Source: Candidatus Doudnabacteria bacterium
GTDB taxonomy: Bacteria > Patescibacteriota > Doudnabacteria > UBA920
NCBI GenBank assembly: GCA_031291995.1
Contig: JARLHZ010000025.1
Coordinates: 156,266-220,265, forward strand
Length of the DNA stretch: 64,000 nt
Direction: 5' to 3'
Shown: positions 1 to 9,052 of the stretch, piece after piece
Layout: each line of letters begins with the position of its first letter
How positions within the stretch are numbered: position 1 is the first letter of the stretch
Translations under genes and position numbers: made by a program
The notes under the pieces: generated by a model
What the model was told of the DNA's origin: nothing
Seen by the model: the letters and a program-made list of their open reading frames with translations, nothing else
Databases searched by the model: none

Positions 1-466
1 TGGCCAGCTTGCCTTCCAGAATTTTATTTACTATGTCTTCCGGCTTGCCCTTTCCGCCGGAGGCGGATCCGCCTTTGGCGGAAACCTGTTCCTTGTAAAT
101 TTCCTTTTCTTTTTCCACAACTTCGGCGGGAATTTGGTCGGGGCTGACGTACAGCGGGTTTGCTCCGGCAATATGCAGGGCCAATTCCTTAGCCAGGGTT
201 TTAAAGTCCTGCGTGCGGGCCACAAAATCGGTTTCGCAGTTTATTTCGACCAAAACCCCCACGCGGCCGCCCGGATGAATATAAGCTTCCACAATGCCTT
301 CGTTGGCCACGCGGTCGGCTTTTTTACCGGCCTTGAGCGCGCCTTTTTTGCGCAAAATTTCCACGGCTTTGTCCTTGTTGTTGCCGGACTCATTAAGCGC
401 GTTTTTAATTTCCAGCATACCGGCTCCGGTTAATTCCCGGAGTTCTTTTAAGAGATCGTGTGTCAT
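1..466 (-). CDS. tsf: Elongation factor Ts, partial (runs off window start)
   Basis: Reverse translation from the ATG (rc of 464-466) gives [42 protein letters not shown]...[12 protein letters not shown], the EF-Ts N-terminal UBA-like region and a conserved core motif. It sits directly downstream of rpsB, the conserved rpsB-tsf arrangement. It is not in the ORF track because there is no stop inside the window. Confidence 0.85.
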   Translation of the reverse strand, partial: MTHDLLKELRELTGAGMLEIKNALNESGNNKDKAVEILRKKGALKAGKKADRVANEGIVEAYIHPGGRVGVLVEINCETDFVARTQDFKTLAKELALHIAGANPLYVSPDQIPAEVVEKEKEIYKEQVSAKGGSASGGKGKPEDIVNKILEGKLA

Positions 467-483
467 AAATATTTTACTGTAGT

Positions 484-566
484 TTACGAAGTACGAAGTT
501 TTACGAACTTACGAAGTTTTAGTGCACAAACTTTCGTAAGTTCGTACCCGTTCGTACTTCGTAAAA
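484..566. repeat. Hairpin repeat family 1, copy 1 (tttacgaagtacgaa...ttcgtacttcgtaaa), in the rpsB-tsf intergenic spacer
   Basis: Nested inverted repeat: tacgaagtacgaa/ttcgtacttcgta and tacgaacttacgaa/ttcgtaagttcgta. A near-identical copy lies at 3231-3288. Confidence 0.8.
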
Positions 567-584
567 TCTCGTAATATCGTTTAA

Positions 585-1325
585 TTATTTGGTTTCAATG
601 ACTTTCTCGGCCACTTTGTCTACGGCCTTTATTGTCGGCACCGTTTGCCGGCCTTCAATAACGGCCCCGGAAATGACCGAACACATAAGTTCAATAACTT
701 TGGTGGCGTCGTCGTTGCTGGGAATAACGTAATCTATGCCGGCGGGGCTGCAATTGGTGTCCACCAAGCCGATAATTTTGACTTTGCTTTTCTGGCTTTC
801 CTTAACGGCAATGTCGTCGTGCTTGACGTCTGTAATAAACACGGCGTCGGGCAGCTTTTTAAGGTTTTGAATGCCTTCAAAAAGTTTTTTCAGCTTTTCG
901 ATTTCGCGCTCAACCATTAAACGTTCCTTTTTGGTGTAGCGGCTTTCCAGTTCCCCGGACGCTTTCATGCTTTCCAGTTTTTCCATTTTGCGGATGGTCC
1001 GCTGAATGGTCTTAAAGTTGGTAAAGGTGCCGCCGAGCCAGCGGACGTTTACATAGGGCATGGAGCAGGCCACGGCGGCCTGTTTAAGGATTTCCTTGCT
1101 TTGGCGCTTGGTGCCCACGAATAAAATCGTACCGCCCTTGCCGGCGAGTTCCTTGGCGAATTTAGCCGCTTCCATTAAGCCCTTTTTAGTCTGCTCCAAA
1201 TCCAAAATATGGATGTCGTTGCGCGACGTAAAAATATAGGGCTTCATTTTGGGGTTCCACCGCGAGGTGGTATGCCCAAAATGCGCGCCGCTTTTGAGCA
1301 ACTCCAATAAACTGACGTCTCTCAT
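585..1325 (-). CDS. rpsB: 30S ribosomal protein S2
   Basis: 246-aa ORF; the MRDVSLLELLKSGAHFGHTTSRWNPKMKPYIF N-terminus is the S2 signature. Confidence 0.95.
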   Translation of the reverse strand: MRDVSLLELLKSGAHFGHTTSRWNPKMKPYIFTSRNDIHILDLEQTKKGLMEAAKFAKELAGKGGTILFVGTKRQSKEILKQAAVACSMPYVNVRWLGGTFTNFKTIQRTIRKMEKLESMKASGELESRYTKKERLMVEREIEKLKKLFEGIQNLKKLPDAVFITDVKHDDIAVKESQKSKVKIIGLVDTNCSPAGIDYVIPSNDDATKVIELMCSVISGAVIEGRQTVPTIKAVDKVAEKVIETK

Positions 1326-1520
1326 GATCTTAACCTTTCTCCCGGTACCAGTCGTCGCAATAAGTTGCGGCTCCGGTACGGGACATGCTTCTACCCCGCG
1401 GGATTCTGATATTAAGCCCTCAGGCTTATCAGAACAGGAAGAATTTCCCCGCGCCCGAAAATGGCGCAGAGTATGCGGGATATGCTTGATTAGTTTATAA
1501 CCCGCTAATTATAGCAGGAC

Positions 1521-1549
1521 TTGACGAAATTGGCAAGAGAAGGTACAAT
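1521..1549 (+). promoter_or_regulatory. Sigma70-like promoter upstream of rpmE (TTGACG-17 nt-TACAAT)
   Basis: ttgacg at 1521-1526, a 17-nt spacer, tacaat at 1544-1549, about 100 nt upstream of the rpmE ATG. Additional TTGACA-like boxes lie in the leader at 1553, 1571, 1580 and (inverted) 1617. Confidence 0.45.
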
Positions 1550-1651
1550 GAATTGACATAATTTAAATAATTGACAAAATTGACAAAAATATCGTGCAGC
1601 AAATTTTGCTCATTTATGTCAATTTTACTTAATTTTTCTCAATAAATTATT

Positions 1652-1912
1652 ATGAAACCCAACATTCACCCCCAATTTTACACCAGCGCCGTTGTGACCT
1701 GTGCTTGCGGCAATAGTTTTACAACCGGATCTACGGTTGAAAAACTGCATACCGAAGTTTGCAGCCAATGCCACCCGTTTTATACCGGCAAGCAAAAACT
1801 GCTCGACACCATGGGCCGCGTAGACAAGTTCAAGCGCAGCATTACCGCCGCAACCAGCATCAAAGCAACCATCAAACCCAAAAAAGAACGCAAAGCCAGA
1901 GCCAAGAAGTAA
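1652..1912 (+). CDS. rpmE: 50S ribosomal protein L31 (with a lysine-rich C-terminal tail)
   Basis: [10 protein letters not shown]...CxC...CSQC zinc-ribbon pattern typical of L31; 86 aa. Confidence 0.9.
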   Translation: MKPNIHPQFYTSAVVTCACGNSFTTGSTVEKLHTEVCSQCHPFYTGKQKLLDTMGRVDKFKRSITAATSIKATIKPKKERKARAKK

Positions 1913-2021
1913 CAATAACCATAACAATAACCATAACCGCTCCAGTTGGCGCGGTTTTGTGTTAGAATATTGTTAGTGAAAAGAGATATGAGAATAGCGA
2001 ATAGGATAATACCTTAGCAGT

Positions 2022-2134
2022 GTGTCATTCCGGGCAGTAGCAGCCGAGTCGAGGAATCCCTTAAATTAATTAACTATCGAATGTTAAGGGATCCCTCCAC
2101 TCCCTCAGATGCATTCGGTCGGTCGGGATGACAC
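2022..2134. repeat. TIR repeat family 3 copy (gtgtcattccgg ... ccgggatgacac), immediately upstream of prfA
   Basis: Terminal inverted repeats gtgtcattccgggc / gtcgggatgacac, with an internal gagtcgaggaatccctta...taagggatccctcc palindrome. Related copies at 13575-13637, 13951-14026 and 44255-44395. Confidence 0.75.
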
Positions 2135-2144
2135 GAGGAATTAT

Positions 2145-3215
2145 ATGGAAGTTGGATTTAAAAAGATTTTGGACGAGTACGACTCTATTACCACCGAAAT
2201 GTCTTCCGGCGGGTCTTTTGACATGCAGAAGCTGGGCAAAAGGCAGGCTGAGCTGGCGCCTATTGTCGGGAGAATTAGCGAACTGGAAAAATTGGAGAAA
2301 GAGCTGGCCGAGAACCAAAAGCTATTAAGTGACAGTGATCCGGAAATAAAATCTATGGCCCTGGATGAGGGGCGGCGTTTGGAGTCGCGAGTCCTTGATT
2401 TGAAATCCGAGGTTGAAGAAGCCCTTTTGCCTAAAGACGCTAACGATAATAAAAATGTCATTGTGGAAATCCGCGCCGGGGCCGGCGGGGACGAAGCGAC
2501 ATTATTTGTTGCTGAGATGTTTAGGGCTTACGGAAAATTTGCCGAAGAGCTGGGGTTTACGCCGCACATCGTGTCGTCTTCCAAGTCAGACGCCGGCGGG
2601 TTTAAGGAGGTTATCTTTGAAATCCATGGCAGAGTCTCGGCGCAAAAGCACCCTTATCAGATGTTTAAATATGAATCCGGTGTTCACCGGGTGCAAAGAG
2701 TTCCGGAAACGGAAAAAAGCGGACGCGTGCATACCTCCACAGTCACGGTGGCGGTTTTGCCGATTTTAGAAGAGAAAGATTATGCCATTGCCGATAAAGA
2801 TTTAAAAATAGAAGCGACAACTTCGTCCGGACACGGCGGACAGTCGGTAAACACTACATATAGCGCCGTAAGGATCCTTCATATCCCTACCGGTATTACG
2901 GCCCAGTGCCAGGACGAGCGCAGTTTTATGCAAAACAAGGAAAAAGCCCTGGAAGTCATCCGCGCTCGCGTGGCTCAGCATTACGAAGACATCGAGAACA
3001 AAAAAGTTCGTGATCTGACAAAATCACAAATCGGTACCGGCGACCGTTCCGAAAAAATCCGCACCTATAATTTCCCCCAGGACCGCGTAACCGACCATCG
3101 GATTAACCAAAACTTCAACCAGATAAACCTTATAATGGAAGGCAAACTCTCCCAAATTTCTGAAGCTTTGCAAAAGGCAGACTTGGAAATGAAGAAGGAA
3201 GCATTAAAGAAATAA
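2145..3215 (+). CDS. prfA: Peptide chain release factor 1
   Basis: GGQ motif (SSGHGGQSVNTT) and RF1 domain order. Start moved from the track's 2109 to the ATG at 2145 (MEVGFKKILDEY), after a GAGGAA Shine-Dalgarno at 2135-2140. The upstream in-frame portion lies inside the family-3 repeat. Confidence 0.9.
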   Translation: MEVGFKKILDEYDSITTEMSSGGSFDMQKLGKRQAELAPIVGRISELEKLEKELAENQKLLSDSDPEIKSMALDEGRRLESRVLDLKSEVEEALLPKDANDNKNVIVEIRAGAGGDEATLFVAEMFRAYGKFAEELGFTPHIVSSSKSDAGGFKEVIFEIHGRVSAQKHPYQMFKYESGVHRVQRVPETEKSGRVHTSTVTVAVLPILEEKDYAIADKDLKIEATTSSGHGGQSVNTTYSAVRILHIPTGITAQCQDERSFMQNKEKALEVIRARVAQHYEDIENKKVRDLTKSQIGTGDRSEKIRTYNFPQDRVTDHRINQNFNQINLIMEGKLSQISEALQKADLEMKKEALKK

Positions 3216-3230
3216 TTAGGTTTACGAAGT

Positions 3231-3288
3231 ACGAAGTTTTACGAACTTACGAAGTTCGTAAGTTCGTATTTGTTCGTACTTCGTAAAA
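3231..3288. repeat. Hairpin repeat family 1, copy 2, between prfA and prmC
   Basis: Same arms as 484-566 but lacks the central 15-nt ttagtgcacaaactt segment. Confidence 0.8.
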
Positions 3289-3291
3289 TAT

Positions 3292-4203
3292 ATGCGCATA
3301 AACGAAGCGCTAAAAAAGTATCATAAAATCGAAATAGAACTCCTGCTGGCGCATGTGTTAAGAAAGCCTAGGGAGTTCGTTTTTATGAATGCGGGGGTTA
3401 GCTTGCCAGCTATTCAGCTAATCAGGCTATCAGCCTTGGCAAGGCGCAGGCAAAAGGGCGAGCCGCTGGCTTATATTTTGGGTTATAAGGATTTTTACGG
3501 AATGCGGTTTAAGGTCAATCGCTACGTGCTAATCCCCCGCCCGGAGACGGAAATAATTGTGGACCGGGTTATAAATGTAGTGCAGGCCCGTGGCCTGCCC
3601 TCCAGTAATAAAAAGCAGGGCAAGGCCCTGCACTACAAGCCCCCGGTGAGAATTCTCGACATCGGCACCGGCAGTGGCTGCATAGCTGTTTCGCTGGCGA
3701 AACAATTTCAAATTTCAAATATCAAATTTCAAATTACAGCGTCCGATAATTCACAAGACGCACTTAACGTGGCCAAACAAAACGCTAGAATACTTTTGGG
3801 CAAAAAGTCCAATAGTATAAACTATGCTACTTTTTCCAAAATTAAATTTGTACAAAGCGATTTGCTAACGAATATTCAAAATCGCTTTGATATAATCGTG
3901 GCCAATCTCCCCTACGGCTGGAACGAGTGGAAGAATAATACTTCAGCCGACAGCGCCGGCTTGAAATTTGAGCCAAGCCAGGCTTTGTATACAGCCGATC
4001 ATGGTCTCTATCAGATAAAACGATTATTAATGCAAATCTCTGCTAGGCAAATCAAACCCAAGCTGGTTTATTTGGAATTTGACCCGCGCCAAAAAAAGGA
4101 ATTATCATTTGCAATAAAAAAAATCCTGCCTTCCGCAGAACTTAATTTTTTCAAAGATTATGCCGGCCTGTGGCGCTACGCGGAAATTAAATTCGCATCG
4201 TAA
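3292..4203 (+). CDS. prmC: Release factor glutamine N5-methyltransferase (HemK/PrmC family)
   Basis: SAM-binding motif ILDIGTGSGCIAV and an NLPYG variant of the NPPY catalytic motif. The position right after prfA is the conserved pairing. Confidence 0.75.
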   Translation: MRINEALKKYHKIEIELLLAHVLRKPREFVFMNAGVSLPAIQLIRLSALARRRQKGEPLAYILGYKDFYGMRFKVNRYVLIPRPETEIIVDRVINVVQARGLPSSNKKQGKALHYKPPVRILDIGTGSGCIAVSLAKQFQISNIKFQITASDNSQDALNVAKQNARILLGKKSNSINYATFSKIKFVQSDLLTNIQNRFDIIVANLPYGWNEWKNNTSADSAGLKFEPSQALYTADHGLYQIKRLLMQISARQIKPKLVYLEFDPRQKKELSFAIKKILPSAELNFFKDYAGLWRYAEIKFAS

Positions 4204-4210
4204 AAATGGA

Positions 4211-4254
4211 TTTTGGTAGACAAAACGTGCGGCCGCACGTTTTGTCTACCAAAA
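4211..4254. terminator. Perfect 44-bp palindrome: bidirectional intrinsic terminator between convergent prmC and the deacetylase gene
   Basis: ttttggtagacaaaacgtgcggccgcacgttttgtctaccaaaa. The GC-rich stem is flanked by T-runs on both strands. Confidence 0.8.
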
Positions 4255-5193
4255 TTATCGGGGACGCGTTAGTTTTGCTGGGGTGGTGGTGGAAGATTCT
4301 GTCCTGTGAAGAAGAACATCTTCAAATCTCCGCAAAGTCTCGGCTCCATGCACGCGGACGCGCGGGATGCGCATCAAATCGTCCAGGTTTACAATATCCC
4401 CTTCGTGAACCGTTATGCCCATAACGTATCCGGCCTTTTTGGCTTCGACAATGTAAGTTGGGGTGTAATGCCCGTACGGGTATATTAATATGTTTGTCGT
4501 TATGTCCAAGCGGTTTTTAATGTCGGCCATGGATCCGCTAAGTTCCCCATAAATATATCCGGCTGTATATTTTGGGTTAGAACCGTCAAAATGTGTTTGG
4601 GTGTGGGAAACAACTTCTTCGCCATTCATATAAGCTGCTGCGATGTCGCCCCACGGAGCATAAAAATTAAGTCCGGCCGAGGTGCCGGGTTTTTTGGTAA
4701 TAATGCCGAAGCTGCCGCTGAAACCGTACTTTTTTAAAATCGGTACCGCGTTTTGGAATACGTCTTCGTAACCGTCGTCAAAAGTAAACACAACCGGTTT
4801 TTTGGGCAATACAAATTTGCCCAAACTGGCCAGGTAGATATCGTTCAAACTGACGCTTTGGTACCCGTTTTCCTTTAGCCATTTGGCCTGCGCCTCAAAC
4901 GAGACTGAGCGTACGGTTAAATCGGCCTGAATTTTGTCCGCGCCCGCAGGCAGGCTACCTACGTGGTGATACATTAATATTGGCAGAGCTATCGCGCGGC
5001 CTTTTTGCACGGCTTCGGGCGGTACGGCCAAAGGTTGGAAGTCCCCGGATTTGCTGATGTTTACGGCATCCAGGGAATTTGCTTTCGCCGCGGCCGGTTT
5101 TTTGGAGTAATAAAAATACGCGGCGCCGAAAATCGATGCCACAGCCAGTAACATAGCAATGCCTAAAAAATAAATTTTATTTCCGCGGCTCAT
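4255..5193 (-). CDS. Polysaccharide deacetylase (NodB-homology domain), N-terminal membrane anchor
   Basis: TFDDGY and MYHHVGS motifs of NodB/PgdA-type deacetylases; N-terminal hydrophobic segment. Confidence 0.8.
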   Translation of the reverse strand: MSRGNKIYFLGIAMLLAVASIFGAAYFYYSKKPAAAKANSLDAVNISKSGDFQPLAVPPEAVQKGRAIALPILMYHHVGSLPAGADKIQADLTVRSVSFEAQAKWLKENGYQSVSLNDIYLASLGKFVLPKKPVVFTFDDGYEDVFQNAVPILKKYGFSGSFGIITKKPGTSAGLNFYAPWGDIAAAYMNGEEVVSHTQTHFDGSNPKYTAGYIYGELSGSMADIKNRLDITTNILIYPYGHYTPTYIVEAKKAGYVMGITVHEGDIVNLDDLMRIPRVRVHGAETLRRFEDVLLHRTESSTTTPAKLTRPR

Positions 5194-5226
5194 ATACGCT
5201 CAAGTATAACAACAATTATTGAAAAC

Positions 5227-5257
5227 AAAATCCCGATCCGTCGCGGACCGGGATTTT
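5227..5257. terminator. Hairpin terminator downstream of rplY
   Basis: aaaatcccg-atccgtcgcggac-cgggatttt. Confidence 0.6.
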
Positions 5258-5276
5258 AAAGTTAAAAAGTCTTAAA

Positions 5277-5987
5277 TTACTTTTTGTCTTCCCCGGATTT
5301 AGCCGGTTTGTCTTCTTTGGCGGCTTTGTCCCCGGAGGCGGCCGGCGTGGCGGCATCGGGTTTAATTTCCGCGGCACCTTCAACTTTGCTGACATCTTCC
5401 ACAACCGGCGCAGCCAATTCGGCTTCAACGTCCCGCGGCGGCTGGACTTTAATCACCATTTCGTCGGCGGGCGTTAAAATCTTAACTTTGGCCGGTACCT
5501 TCAAATCCTTAACGTGCAAGTTGTCCTGCAAAGTTTTTAAACCTTCCAGCGCGACAACTATATTGTGAGGCAAGTCGGACGGCAGACATTCCACTTCAAC
5601 TTCGTTCAAAATTTTAACCAAAACTCCGCCCAAAGTTTTGACGGCCGGCGCTTCGCCCGTAAACTCCAGGGCAACCATGGCTTTTAGTTTTTGCGTCAGG
5701 CTGATTTCGTAAAAATCCACATGCGTCGGGACGCTGCTCAAATAGTGGATCTGCACGTCGTGAATCAGAACCGGATGGGTTTTCCCGTCTTCCGTAAGCA
5801 GTTCTACGATTGTGCTCTCACCGGCTTTTTTTAAAATTTTGTCAAATTCCCTGGCGTCCAAGGTCAGGTTTTGGTTGGGTACTTTATTGCCGTAAAGTAC
5901 GGCCGGCAGTTTTCCGGCCCGGCGCAGTTTTTCCGGAATTGATTTTTTTAAATCTCTGGCCGTTGACTTGATTTGGAGCTTGTCCAT
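5277..5987 (-). CDS. rplY: 50S ribosomal protein L25 / general stress protein Ctc family, with a low-complexity Ala/Lys/Glu-rich C-terminal tail
   Basis: KLPAVLYGN...HDVQIHYLS...VDFYEI pattern of L25/Ctc. Start moved to the internal ATG (MDKLQIKST) at 5987. Confidence 0.8.
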   Translation of the reverse strand: MDKLQIKSTARDLKKSIPEKLRRAGKLPAVLYGNKVPNQNLTLDAREFDKILKKAGESTIVELLTEDGKTHPVLIHDVQIHYLSSVPTHVDFYEISLTQKLKAMVALEFTGEAPAVKTLGGVLVKILNEVEVECLPSDLPHNIVVALEGLKTLQDNLHVKDLKVPAKVKILTPADEMVIKVQPPRDVEAELAAPVVEDVSKVEGAAEIKPDAATPAASGDKAAKEDKPAKSGEDKK

Positions 5988-6099
5988 TGCTTTCCTTGTA
6001 TGATTTTGCCCATCCCCTTCGGCTACGCTCAGGGTACTCACAAAATCTTAATGTTTGATGATTATAACAAAAAGCCCGGATTATGTCCAGGCATGTTGG

Positions 6100-6375
6100 T
6101 GTATCAGTTGGTGTATCAGTTCACAATCTTGAGCAGAACAAACCCGGAGGCCGGAAATACTGGCGATTTTATGCAGCGAGGATTGGAAGGCGTTGTGATA
6201 TCCGCCGAAGGCGGATGAACGAGGAGCCCCGCAGCAAATAAAATCGGCAGGATTTTCGGCCTCACTCAGGCTTGTGAACTGTTATATGTTGGTAAGGTAT
6301 CCTGTTGGTAAAGTATCAGTTCACAATCTCGAACAGGATTTCCGGCCTTACTCAGGCTCGCGAACCGTTGCTAAT
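6100..6375. repeat. Repeat-rich noncoding block (units cagttcacaatctYgaRcag and caggatttYcggccYYactcaggctYgYgaac in direct and inverted orientation)
   Basis: Unit V at 6106 and 6322; unit U at 6249 and 6340. V and rc(U) are mutually complementary over about 45 nt. Small tandem duplications ggtgtatcagtt x2 and gttggtaaRgtatc x2. Confidence 0.6.
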
Positions 6376-6398
6376 GAAAATATAATGAACGGTAAAGG

Positions 6399-6797
6399 CT
6401 ACTTTGTCGCGCCTTTTGTAAATCCGCTTATAAAATCTCCCTTAAAACTCCGAATAGCCTGGTGGATGCCTAAAACTTCGTTGGCTTTTATGGGGCCAAG
6501 TTTGTTGAATTTTGAGCTATCCTGCGCGGTTAAGTCCGTGACCATGCCGACAGAAAATACTTCGGGCCCGCGGATTTCGACATTGAACATCACGGAACTT
6601 TTGCACTTTTGGCAATCGGAATGTATGAGAATTCTGGCTTCATTAAACACCGTATCCTGTTCGCTTTCTAAAACTTTAGTTTTTTCCAGGTTATATTTGT
6701 GGCTGCATATCGGACAGCGCAACAAAAAGCCCAGCCATTCCATAATCTTTTTTAAATCATAATTTTTGCCGTCTCCGCCCGGTGTGTTGTTTTTCAT
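6399..6797 (-). CDS. Hypothetical C4 zinc-ribbon protein
   Basis: CPICSH...DCQKC cysteine pairs. The start is taken at the internal ATG (MKNNTPGG) because the track's upstream start lies inside the family-2 repeat. Confidence 0.45.
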   Translation of the reverse strand: MKNNTPGGDGKNYDLKKIMEWLGFLLRCPICSHKYNLEKTKVLESEQDTVFNEARILIHSDCQKCKSSVMFNVEIRGPEVFSVGMVTDLTAQDSSKFNKLGPIKANEVLGIHQAIRSFKGDFISGFTKGATK

Positions 6798-6801
6798 AGG
6801 T

Positions 6802-6930
6802 AGTAATCGCGAAAATACGAATATTTTATAATATACGAAACCGTTCACTGTCAGCTGTCTTTTCCATTAAAGATAAGCTGACAACTAACGGTTTTGTATA
6901 TTAATTTAGATTTGTATATTTGCGACTACT
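6802..6930. repeat. MITE-like repeat family 2, copy A (degenerate)
   Basis: About 40-bp terminal inverted repeats agtaatcgcgaaaatacgaatatttt... / ...tttgtatatttgcgactact. The internal cactgtcagc...gctgacaact inverted repeat is shared with copies at 9053-9180 and 31141-31270. Confidence 0.8.
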
Positions 6931-6949
6931 ATTATGGTAGCATAATTTT

Positions 6950-8050
6950 CTAGAACCGCAAAGCTTTTGACTGCAAGCTGACATTCTGCGCCACGCCGAG
7001 GCATAATAAACTGATAACCAGGGAGCTTCCCCCGGCGCTGACAAAGGGCAAAGGAATGCCCGTTACCGGCAATAAGCCGATATTCATGCCGACGTTAATT
7101 AAAACATGGAAAAAAAAGAAAAACATGACGCCGGCGGCAATATACATGCCCAAATCGTCCTTGGCGTTTTTTAAAATTTTCATGAGCCGGTAAAGTAAAA
7201 AGAAATACAACCCCAGAAGTGTGAACAATCCCGCGAAGCCGATTTCTTCGCCGGCCGCGGAAAAAATAAAATCCGTCTGGCGTTCCGGCAGGAATTTTTG
7301 CTGGCTTTGTATGCCTTTGCCCAGTCCCCGCCCGAATAGCTCGCCCCCGCCCACCGCAATAGAAGCCTGGCGGACGTTATATCCCCGGCCTTTGGGGTCG
7401 AGCGAAGGATTCAGGAAAATCATAATCCGGTCTTTTTGGAACGGCTTTAAGTAAAATTTCCAGGCGCCGCCGCAAATTATGGCTAACGCCAGGAATAAAA
7501 TCGCCAGATATTTTTTCTTTATCCGGCTAAGAAAGATTATCCCCACCCACAAACTCAAAATGACCAGTGCGGACCCGAGATCAGGCTCGACGGCCACCAA
7601 CACGGCCGGGATAACAGCGTAAAAAAATGACCACAAAAATGTCCCGAAAGAATTAATTTCGCCGCGTTTTAAATAAAGCAGGCGCGCCAGACCCAATATA
7701 ACCGCCAGCTTAGCCAGTTCGGCCGGCTGGAAACCTAAAAAAGCGATGTTCAGCCAGCGCTTGCCGCCTTTTACCAGTGTCCCGAACACCAAAAGGTAAA
7801 CGAGAACGCCGACGCAAAAAACATAAATTATCCGGTTGAGTTTGGCCAGGCGGTGAAAATCAAAAAAACTTAAAAACAAAAAACCGACCAGGCCCACCCC
7901 CAAAAAAGCCATCTGGCGGTAAAAAAGGATTTTACTGTCCGAGGGCAGGGCGGTCGCGTAGAGGATGGCGGCTCCGGCCAGTATTAGCAGGAGCATGGCC
8001 AAAAGCAGCGGGATGTCAAGATATTTAAAGCGGTTGAAAAAATTGGTCAT
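6950..8050 (-). CDS. SEDS-family peptidoglycan polymerase (FtsW/RodA)
   Basis: 366-aa polytopic membrane protein with the typical FtsW/RodA/SpoVE profile. Confidence 0.8.
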   Translation of the reverse strand: MTNFFNRFKYLDIPLLLAMLLLILAGAAILYATALPSDSKILFYRQMAFLGVGLVGFLFLSFFDFHRLAKLNRIIYVFCVGVLVYLLVFGTLVKGGKRWLNIAFLGFQPAELAKLAVILGLARLLYLKRGEINSFGTFLWSFFYAVIPAVLVAVEPDLGSALVILSLWVGIIFLSRIKKKYLAILFLALAIICGGAWKFYLKPFQKDRIMIFLNPSLDPKGRGYNVRQASIAVGGGELFGRGLGKGIQSQQKFLPERQTDFIFSAAGEEIGFAGLFTLLGLYFFLLYRLMKILKNAKDDLGMYIAAGVMFFFFFHVLINVGMNIGLLPVTGIPLPFVSAGGSSLVISLLCLGVAQNVSLQSKALRF

Positions 8051-8117
8051 TAATCGTTATCTTTAACCCCCAATCGTTAAAGGTTAAATCCGCTTTTGAC
8101 GGAAACGATTAAGGGAG

Positions 8118-8990
8118 TTACTGTCCGGTTTTGGGGCGGCTGAGATCGGCCGCGGATGACGAACCGATTGCCGGAGCCGAAAGGTTAGTCGGATCCAGAA
8201 CGTCGGTGTCCGCCGTAACTTCCACTCGCGAAAGGTTGGGCACGGTCGCGTTGGGCCACAGTTGTTTATAGGCCCGCCGTTCAAACGGGGCGACAGTGGA
8301 TTCGACGCGAAGGCTGGAGCCGATTATTTGGCCGCTCGAATTGTATAAAATAAAAGTCAGCCTGACCTTGTTTAAAGTATAAGGGCTGTTGTTGAGAAAA
8401 TCCCCCTGGACAACGAATGCCGGCGGCGATTGCTGGTTGAAGTGTGAAGGCAACGAGGGTTCCAAATCCACCGCGGGGATTTGCAGGCGTTTTTGCCAGG
8501 GCAGATTCGGGGGCAGCGTGAGCCGCGCGGAACTGATTTGTTCATTGCTGGAAAAAGTCGGTATTGTCAAATATTTGGTCTGGTTGGGCAGTAAAAAAAA
8601 GGTGCCGGGGTAGCTGTAAACCTGCTGTCCGGCGGCGTTAAAAAAATCCAGGGTATAAGCAATATTGTCCAGCGACAAATCCAAATTGGGATTGGCGATT
8701 TTGACTACTGCCGAGAACTGTCCGGCTCCGAGCGTGTCTATGCTTGCCGGAGATATAGTTATGTTCTGCGGGGTTAAAAAACTCTGTTTGGCCGCGACCG
8801 CGCCCTGTTCGTATCTGGCAAGCCAGATTTTATAAGACGATGATTTGGCAATAAAGTAACCGGGAATGTACGTTAATATAATTAGCGCGCCTATCCAAAT
8901 AAATATAGGCGGTATTCCCGAGACGATTTTTTGCGTATCGAGTTCGGCCTCCTGTATGCCAATCTCGACTTTGTCGGTAAATAGACTCAT
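8118..8990 (-). CDS. Hypothetical membrane-anchored protein
   Basis: Long ORF with a single N-terminal transmembrane segment, co-oriented with the downstream SEDS gene; no recognisable family. Confidence 0.5.
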   Translation of the reverse strand: MSLFTDKVEIGIQEAELDTQKIVSGIPPIFIWIGALIILTYIPGYFIAKSSSYKIWLARYEQGAVAAKQSFLTPQNITISPASIDTLGAGQFSAVVKIANPNLDLSLDNIAYTLDFFNAAGQQVYSYPGTFFLLPNQTKYLTIPTFSSNEQISSARLTLPPNLPWQKRLQIPAVDLEPSLPSHFNQQSPPAFVVQGDFLNNSPYTLNKVRLTFILYNSSGQIIGSSLRVESTVAPFERRAYKQLWPNATVPNLSRVEVTADTDVLDPTNLSAPAIGSSSAADLSRPKTGQ

Positions 8991-9052
8991 TTTGGTTGTT
9001 GTTTTGTTATAGGTTTATTATAGCAAAGATATTGGATTTTTGGTATATTTAG

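Noticed and set aside
134-433. Track ORFs 134-433 (+) and 294-482 (+)
   Set aside because: They are antisense to, or out of frame with, the clearly recognisable EF-Ts coding sequence on the minus strand (1-466); spurious.
3700-3735. caatttcaaatttcaaatatcaaatttcaaatt repeat resembling the serS-ftsQ spacer motif
   Set aside because: It lies in frame inside prmC (encodes QFQISNIKFQIT). It is probably a short coding microsatellite, not an independent element.
6100-6375. Direct repeats that might suggest a CRISPR array
   Set aside because: Only two or three copies, unequal spacing (91 and 212 bp), units appear in both orientations, and no cas genes are present; it is not CRISPR.
8283-8310. ggattcgacg motif resembling the 5' end of tmRNA
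   Set aside because: Inside a long intact ORF; no GGGG acceptor start, no tRNA-like 3' end with CCA nearby; coincidence.
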